From Escherichia virus TH40: 64,000 bases of DNA. Below the pieces are notes generated by a model, which saw nothing but the letters and a program-made list of their open reading frames with translations, did no database searches and was not told the DNA's origin. Positions within the stretch are counted from its first letter, which is position 1, and each line of letters begins with the position of its first letter. The stretch is from the sequence record MT446411.1; one strand, written 5' to 3'. The position numbers were made by a program, and so were the translations under genes. Below, piece by piece: positions 57,127-64,000 of the stretch.

Positions 57127-57729
57127 ATGCTTTTTTCATTTTTTAACCCAATTGATTATGATGCTAAAACAATCAGAAAAAACTCGGCATCATTAACGAA
57201 AGAAGATGTCTTAAGCATCCCAATGACTGACATCTTCAGAAACTATCGTGCGTATTTTGATAAGGTTGCGGTTAATTATACACCGAAAACATATTACATC
57301 GCCGGAGCTCCGAGACCTGAAGAACTTGCATATCAGCTCTATGGTAATACTCAACTCTATTGGGTTCTCCTTATGCTTAATAATATCTATGACCCGTATT
57401 ATGGTTGGATATGTTCACAAGAATCATCATATCAGGCATCAATTCAACGCTATTCGAATATAGGTGGTAATCAGGTTCTTTATCATGTAAATGAAGATGG
57501 TGAAAAATTCTGGAATCTTGTTTCTTATCCTGATAATCCATACACATGGTATGATAAAGGTGATAAGAACAAATTATACCCACAGTATGAAGGCCCATTA
57601 GCTGCAGTGGATATCTACGAAGATGCTATTCGCAAAAATGAATATAAACGAGAAATAAAGATAATCGACCCTAATGATATCGAATCATTTATTTCGGCAT
57701 TAATCCGCGAGATGGAGAAGGCGCTATGA
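57127..57729 (+). CDS. 53: Baseplate wedge protein gp53 (start at MLFSFFNPIDY)
   Basis: ORF track gives 57097..57729; internal Met with GGAGG SD matches T4 gp53 N-terminus as recalled. Confidence 0.8.
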   Translation: MLFSFFNPIDYDAKTIRKNSASLTKEDVLSIPMTDIFRNYRAYFDKVAVNYTPKTYYIAGAPRPEELAYQLYGNTQLYWVLLMLNNIYDPYYGWICSQESSYQASIQRYSNIGGNQVLYHVNEDGEKFWNLVSYPDNPYTWYDKGDKNKLYPQYEGPLAAVDIYEDAIRKNEYKREIKIIDPNDIESFISALIREMEKAL

Positions 57730-59468
57730 TTAATATGTCAGATAGTGTAAGTTGGTTCGTCGGTGTTGTCGAAGACCGAATGGACCCACTTCAACAAGGT
57801 CGTGTTCGTGTTCGGGTATGGGGTATGCATCCATATGAGAAATCACAAGGGCCTGTAAAAGGTATCAGAACTGAAGACCTACCATGGATGTCCGTACTGA
57901 TGCCAACATCATCTGCATCGGTTTCCGGTATTCAAACTGCCATGACTGGTATGGTACCAGGGACTCAGGTATATGGTCACTTTTTGGACAAGTGGAAGCT
58001 CAATGGATTAGTCCTTGGTACATATGGCTCAGCATCAAGACAGAAGGCAAACACAACAGAAGGTTTTAGTGACCCCACAGGGCAATATCCACTTTATGTG
58101 GGCAATGATGCTGCTGCGCTTAACCGAGGCGGTGAGGTCGGTTATGATGACACTTCAAACGTAATACAAGATGCAAACACTGATGTAGGTATTAATCCAG
58201 ACGGGTTAGATTTAAGCCAAGTTAAGCCTGATGATAATCCTAATTTCACAATAGAAAACATGCTTCACCGCGATGAAGGTCTTCGTCTGAAAGTATATTG
58301 GGACACTGAAGGTTATCCTACTATAGGTATAGGACACTTAATTACACCACAACCTATTAGAGATATGAATCAGATAAACAAAATATTATCTAATCAAATA
58401 GGCCGTGAAGTTAAAGGTAACCCTGGTGCAATATCAATGGACGAGGCTTCTAAGTTATTCCAAGAAGACCTTAAAAAAGTCCAAAATGATATAGGTAGAC
58501 ATAGTGTTGTAGGTCCGGTTTACAATAAAGAAAACCGTTCAAGACAAATGGCTCTTGAAAACATGGCTTTCCAAATGGGATTAGGTGGACTTGCTAAATT
58601 CCGTGGAATGCTTAGTGCAATGTTAATAGGCGATTATAAAAAGGCATTTGAAGAAGCTCGCAATTCAGTATGGTTTAACCAAACTAAAGGACGTGCATCA
58701 AGGGTATCAATGATTATCCTCACCGGTAATATGGAATCATACGGTATTATGGCCCCAAAAGAAATGGAATTTAATGGGCGTTCTTATAGGATGATTCAAA
58801 CCTTTGCAGCCCCTACAAATTCCGACCCGGCCGACCCGTGGACTCCAGAAGATACGAGGATTCTGTTTAAAGAGCCAGAATCAAGTTACAAGGGCGAATA
58901 TCCTTATGTGCAGACAATGCAAACTGAAGGCGGTCATATTCAGGAATTCGATAACACTCCAGGACAAGAACGTTATCGACTGATTCATCCGACCGGTTCC
59001 TATGAGGAAGTTGCACCAGATGGTCGTAAGACTTCGAAGACGGTAGCCGATGGCTATTATATGACCCAGGGCGATTCAAGCACTTATGTTGGTGGGAATA
59101 ATAAAGTCAACGTTGGTGGTGATGAAACCTATTACAATATGGCTAACGTTCGTCGTCAGACCGATGGAAACGAAACCATCCATATTCGTGGTAACGAAGA
59201 GAAAACTGTAGAAGGTAATGGAACACTCAGAGTTAAAGGCAACGTTACTGTTATTGTTGAAGGAAATGCTGATGTTACTGTTAAGGGTGATGCGACTACC
59301 TTAGTAGAAGGTAATGAAACTCGCACGACTAATGGTAATTTAAACTGGACTGTAAATGGTACCGTATCTTGGACTTGTGCAGGTGCTTGGTCCGAGACTA
59401 TGGCTTCAATGAGTTCTATTACATCTAGTCAATATACTATTGATGGTTCGAGGATTGACATTGGCTAA
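57726..59468 (+). CDS. 5: Baseplate hub/cell-puncturing protein with lysozyme domain (gp5)
   Basis: 580 aa; internal T4-lysozyme-like domain (HRDEGLRLKVYWDTEGYPTIGIGH); C-terminal VxGxxxxx beta-helix repeats. Confidence 0.93.
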   Translation: MINMSDSVSWFVGVVEDRMDPLQQGRVRVRVWGMHPYEKSQGPVKGIRTEDLPWMSVLMPTSSASVSGIQTAMTGMVPGTQVYGHFLDKWKLNGLVLGTYGSASRQKANTTEGFSDPTGQYPLYVGNDAAALNRGGEVGYDDTSNVIQDANTDVGINPDGLDLSQVKPDDNPNFTIENMLHRDEGLRLKVYWDTEGYPTIGIGHLITPQPIRDMNQINKILSNQIGREVKGNPGAISMDEASKLFQEDLKKVQNDIGRHSVVGPVYNKENRSRQMALENMAFQMGLGGLAKFRGMLSAMLIGDYKKAFEEARNSVWFNQTKGRASRVSMIILTGNMESYGIMAPKEMEFNGRSYRMIQTFAAPTNSDPADPWTPEDTRILFKEPESSYKGEYPYVQTMQTEGGHIQEFDNTPGQERYRLIHPTGSYEEVAPDGRKTSKTVADGYYMTQGDSSTYVGGNNKVNVGGDETYYNMANVRRQTDGNETIHIRGNEEKTVEGNGTLRVKGNVTVIVEGNADVTVKGDATTLVEGNETRTTNGNLNWTVNGTVSWTCAGAWSETMASMSSITSSQYTIDGSRIDIG

Positions 59469-60000
59469 TATACTTCCGATGAGCACTGACCTAGGAGACT
59501 CCATGGAAGGAGCCTCAATCGATGTTACGTTTACAGCTCAATTAGAAACAAACGAAACATTAGTCGAAATAAATATAACTGAATATGAGGCCACCCCTGG
59601 CGTTAATGTTGAGGGAAATCATCTTTATGGTGTTTATGAATCCGTGTTCGGATTTGCAGATGATGCACTTAAATATCGGCTTAATGATGAATTTAAAACT
59701 GCTGGTTCATGGGAAGACCTTCCTACCGATAAGAGTACTCAATTGTATCTCTGGAGGGCCCCATCGAGCCTCCAGAAGGTCTTTTCATACACGGTAACCC
59801 TAACCTATGATTTTCAAGAAGAGAGCTCTGGTGGAGACACAGGGAACTCTGGTGGCAGTAATAGCCGTACAGGTAATGAGACCGACCCACCTCCTGCTCC
59901 AGTAAGAAAGACAATGACAAAAGTTTACACAAAAACTATCGTTGGCAACTGGTCAAGATGGGCCGATAAATTGCGTTCATACGTATACGCGAGGGATTAA
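59440..60000 (+). CDS. 5.1: gp5.1-like protein
   Basis: 186 aa ORF between 5 and 5.4; synteny; start uncertain. Confidence 0.5.
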   Translation: MMVRGLTLANILPMSTDLGDSMEGASIDVTFTAQLETNETLVEINITEYEATPGVNVEGNHLYGVYESVFGFADDALKYRLNDEFKTAGSWEDLPTDKSTQLYLWRAPSSLQKVFSYTVTLTYDFQEESSGGDTGNSGGSNSRTGNETDPPPAPVRKTMTKVYTKTIVGNWSRWADKLRSYVYARD

Positions 60001-60293
60001 TGGCTGGATTAAGTTTTAATCAATGTGTTACAGCAGGCCACGAAGCATGGCCGCCGACTGTAATTAATGCAACTCAAGGTAAAGTATTCACCGGGGGAAT
60101 TCCAGTATTAGTTGCCGGAGACCCTATTACCGAGCATACCGAAATTAAAAAACCATATGAAACCCACGGCGGAGTAACACAACCGCGTACATCAAAGGTA
60201 TTCGTTACCGGTAAGAAAGCTGTTCAAATGGCAGACCCGATTTCATGTGGTGATACTGTGGCTCAAGCCTCATCAAAAGTCTTTATAAAATAG
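60000..60293 (+). CDS. 5.4: PAAR-repeat spike tip protein (gp5.4-like)
   Basis: 97 aa; position after gene 5; Gly/Pro-rich repeats consistent with PAAR fold. Confidence 0.65.
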   Translation: MAGLSFNQCVTAGHEAWPPTVINATQGKVFTGGIPVLVAGDPITEHTEIKKPYETHGGVTQPRTSKVFVTGKKAVQMADPISCGDTVAQASSKVFIK

Positions 60294-60301
60294 GAAATAA
60301 A

Positions 60302-62248
60302 ATGGCTACTCCTACGAATTACCAATTAACAAGAACCGTTAACGCTATCCCAAAAGTATTTGTGGGAGCTACGTTTGAAGAAATTAAAAAGAACATCATC
60401 GACTGGTTATCAAGCCAGGATGAATTTAAGGATTATGATTTCGTAGGTTCGCGAATGAATATCCTGATTGACATGCTTGCATATAATACATTGTATATGC
60501 AGCAGTTTGCTAATACAGCGGTTTATGAATCATTTATCGGAACTGCAAACTTAAGGTCTTCAGTTGTTCAGGCTGCGCAGGATAATGGATATCTTCCATC
60601 TTCTCGCTCGGCTGCAAAGACTTCGGTTATGTTGACATGTTCTCATGCTCTACAACCATCGAATATTGAAATCCCACGAGGAACTAAATTCCTGGCTTAT
60701 GCTCGTGATACATCAGCTGACCCTTATGTTTTTGTTACCACGGAAAACGTTATCGCGGTTAAAGATATTAACAACCAATACCTTCCGATTGTATCTCTGG
60801 CACAGGGTCGTATTATTCGTACGGAACTTTTATATGACCCGAAACAACCTATTCTTATCCGCGACCCGGATATTGACCGCAAAGAAGTTAAGTTATATGT
60901 GAATGGTGTTGAGTGGGATGACTGGACGAACAAATCAATGGTTCACGCTGGTTCGACTTCCACCATATTTTATATGCGTGAAACAATTGATGGCTATACC
61001 GAATTTTTCTTCGGTGAAGGTGAATCCACCAAATCTGTGGCCGGTGGCGTTATGGAAGCCAACTATATTGGCGGTCTTAAACCTGTGCAAGATTCAACAA
61101 TTGTTATTGAGTATCTTCGCACTTCCGGGGCAGATGCAAACGGCGCTGTTGATTTTAGTTATGCTGATACTTTGTCTTATATTACAGTGGATAAAATTAC
61201 CGAAAACTATAATAACGACCCTGATTATGTCGGTGCTGATGGTGGCGGTGACCCAGAAGATATCGAACGTATCCGTGAACTGGCTGTTGTTAAACGTGAA
61301 GCGCAGATGCGTGCTGTCACCGGAACAGATTATGATACCTTCGTATCCGAAAGATTTGGGTCAATTGTACAAGCCGTGCAGACGTTTACAGACGCTAATA
61401 AACCTGGATATGCGTTTATATCAGTTAAGCCTAAATCGGGCTTGTATCTCACTGCAGTGCAGCGTGAGGACATCCAGAACTACCTTAGCGAGTTCAACGT
61501 ATCAACAATTACACCATCGGTAATTTCTCCGGATTATTTGTTCCTTAAACATAATATCAAAGTGTCTTATGCGCTGAACAAATTGCAAGAATCTGAACAA
61601 TGGTTGCAAGCACAAATCATTAATCAGATTGACCGTTATTATATTGATGAAGTTGAAATCTTTAACAGAAGTTTTGCTAAGTCAAAAATGCTTACATACG
61701 TGGATAATACCGACCATAGTATTCTTGGCTCGTCTGCAACCATTTCGATGGTGCGTGAAGTCCTGAACTTCTTTAAGACTCCGGAATCCGGCATTAAATA
61801 CTATAACCAGTATGGCAACCGTTCAGTCGAATCAAGCGAATTTGAATTTGTTCCGACTACGGGTGAAGCCTATAACGTTCGCATTGTTGCAACTGATAAA
61901 GATTCTCGCGGTGATGGCAAAATGGTAATTGGTCCATTCCGTCCGGGTGATGTTATCGAAAACGTAAACATCCAGCCTTACCTACAAGATGACTTTAATA
62001 AAATGGAAGCTCCGGCTGACCAAACAGTTTATTACGCAATTGGCGAAATTGACTATTACTCTGACTATATTTTTTGGGATATCGCCGCGATTGGATTGAC
62101 ATCCGAGCGCTTTGAAGTTCAATCAATCGAACTTTATGCAAGTCCCAACCAAGATAATATATACACGCAAGATGGTTCACTGATTGTATTTGAGAATGAC
62201 CTTCGTCCGCAATATACAAAGATTGACCTTGAACCGATTACACTATAA
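60302..62248 (+). CDS. 6: Baseplate wedge protein gp6
   Basis: 648 aa; synteny 53-5-6-7. Confidence 0.8.
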   Translation: MATPTNYQLTRTVNAIPKVFVGATFEEIKKNIIDWLSSQDEFKDYDFVGSRMNILIDMLAYNTLYMQQFANTAVYESFIGTANLRSSVVQAAQDNGYLPSSRSAAKTSVMLTCSHALQPSNIEIPRGTKFLAYARDTSADPYVFVTTENVIAVKDINNQYLPIVSLAQGRIIRTELLYDPKQPILIRDPDIDRKEVKLYVNGVEWDDWTNKSMVHAGSTSTIFYMRETIDGYTEFFFGEGESTKSVAGGVMEANYIGGLKPVQDSTIVIEYLRTSGADANGAVDFSYADTLSYITVDKITENYNNDPDYVGADGGGDPEDIERIRELAVVKREAQMRAVTGTDYDTFVSERFGSIVQAVQTFTDANKPGYAFISVKPKSGLYLTAVQREDIQNYLSEFNVSTITPSVISPDYLFLKHNIKVSYALNKLQESEQWLQAQIINQIDRYYIDEVEIFNRSFAKSKMLTYVDNTDHSILGSSATISMVREVLNFFKTPESGIKYYNQYGNRSVESSEFEFVPTTGEAYNVRIVATDKDSRGDGKMVIGPFRPGDVIENVNIQPYLQDDFNKMEAPADQTVYYAIGEIDYYSDYIFWDIAAIGLTSERFEVQSIELYASPNQDNIYTQDGSLIVFENDLRPQYTKIDLEPITL

Positions 62249-62267
62249 GCCTCTTCGGAGGCTTTTT
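62248..62267 (+). terminator. Hairpin AGCCTCTTCGGAGGCT followed by TTTTT between genes 6 and 7
   Basis: Read directly from sequence. Confidence 0.4.
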
Positions 62268-62277
62268 AAGGAAACCA

Positions 62278-64000
62278 TGATGAGTGTTAAAGCCCCTTAT
62301 GTAACCAGCTTACGGATTGATAAACTATCTGCTAACCAGGTTAGCATAAAATGGGATAATGTTGGCGCCAACTTTTATTATTTTGTTGAGATTGCTACGA
62401 CAAAAGAAAATGGTGTTGCTATTCCAGAAGAAAATCTGTTATGGAGGAATTTAGGTTATACTCCAGACAATGAATGGTTCGAACAAAATTTTATTCGTCC
62501 AGTATCATTTTACAAAATGCGTGTTGCTGTTGCAGCAATGGGTTTTGAACAATCTGATTGGGTTTATACCGAAGAATTTGAAACCTTTGCAACTAACGCA
62601 TATACATTTGAGCACATGCGTGAATTTACATTAACAAATAAATTCATCGAAGAAAAATTTACAAACAATAACCAAGCTTATATCAACTTTAATAATGATG
62701 CAATTATGGCATCGCTGATGTCTGAAGATTTTAGCTTTACTCCTGCGTATTCTCATTTGTCTTCAATTTCAAACTATGTATTAAAAGAAGACCAATACCA
62801 CGAAATCCAGGGTAGCATTCAGCCGGTGTGTAACGATGTTAATCGTACGATGATTGCTGAACTCGGTGGCGTACTGTATTTGTTTGAACGATTCCAGACA
62901 ACTGTCAAAGTCTCCAATGATAAAGGGCAGAACTGGTATTATGTAAAATTGTTTAATGACCGTATCGGTAACCCGGTATCGCGCACAATTTATTATCAAT
63001 CAGATACGACAACTTATGTACTCGGGTATGACCGAATTTTTTACGGCCGCAAATCAAGTGACATAAGATGGTCTGCTGATGATATTCGATTCAGTTCCCA
63101 GGATATAACATTTGCAAAAATTGGTTCGGATATCAATCTTGGATTTGATATTGAAATATTTGGCACATACGCAAGACTTCCTGCTTATATCTCGACAATT
63201 GCCGAAGCAATCACTACGACCGATTCCATGATTTACGTTGCCGGGCGCGACCGCGTGTACAAAGCTAAATCTTCTGATGCTCCAATTGATAACGACCCCA
63301 ACTCCCCAACATTCGGTGAAAAATTATTTGAAGCTGGATATAGCACAATAAGTGGTAACCCAAAAGCTGTTTGTTATAAGATGGATGCAATTGATGGTGA
63401 AGTATTTGCATTAATCACGGGGGAAGTAAAAGAAGAGCGACAAGACCCGACTAAACCTGAAAACGTTGTCGATTCGTTATCTAAGGGCGTTTATAAATTA
63501 AATGCTGACACCGATACATGGACACGAGTTTTTGGTAACACAGAGGATGAACGTCGACGTATTGAACATGGTTACACAAGCATGTCAACCGACGGAATTG
63601 AACTTTTTATCAGTTCAAGTAACTTCCGTTATTCCGTAGAGCCGGATACTGAACTCCCTGCTAAGTATCCTGAAGAAGTTAATGAAGCAGTCAAATATGT
63701 GTATGACGAACAATGGATACATGACAAGCATTATTTGATGATGAGTTTTAGGTCGAATAAAGATTCAGGTTGGGAAGAGTTTAAACCTGGCCGTATGTCA
63801 TATTACGCTGAACCGTTCTTTAACTGGTCTCGTCGTGATGATACTCGTTGTTGGATTACTACGTCAGACAGAGCTCTGGTTGTATATAATGACATGCTGT
63901 ATCAAAAGATTATCGATACCTTTGGTGGTTCATCCCCTGAACGTATTGTACACGAATACTGGAATAAAGGTCAAGTAAAAGTTACTTCTCCTAACATCGA
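62278..64000 (+). CDS. 7: Baseplate wedge protein gp7 (N-terminal part; continues past window end)
   Basis: Hand-called from ATG 62278; MMSVKAPYVTSLRIDKLSANQV.. matches T4 gp7 N-terminus as recalled; no stop before window end. Confidence 0.8.

Overview
This window reads as a contiguous piece of a T4-like (T-even type) myovirus genome. Positions 1-57078 are a densely packed minus-strand early/middle region in T4 gene order: 41, 40, uvsX, imm, 43, regA, 62, 44, 45, rpbA, 46, 47, 55, nrdG, nrdD, 49, nrdC, an HNH homing endonuclease, tk, regB, denV, e, nudE, a small tRNA cluster, 57B/57A, 1, 3, 2, 4. From 57127 the strand switches to plus and the baseplate genes 53, 5, 5.1, 5.4, 6 and the start of 7 follow. 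Assignments rest on motifs visible in the translations, on synteny, and on my recollection of T4 proteins; no database search was run. Between the core genes lie many small accessory ORFs. The most notable features are: two arrays of internal-protein-like genes with the T4 capsid-targeting N-terminus; a plus-strand collagen-like ORF with a tail-fibre-type motif inside the minus-strand early region; a nucleotidyltransferase next to a homing endonuclease; a macro-domain protein; a tandem family of small proteins sharing a C-terminal W-x-S-S-x-x-C motif; a lipoprotein plus imm cluster where T4 carries genes 42 and beta-gt; and two classes of near-identical promoter-leader cassettes repeated about 17 times. 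No CRISPR array was seen.
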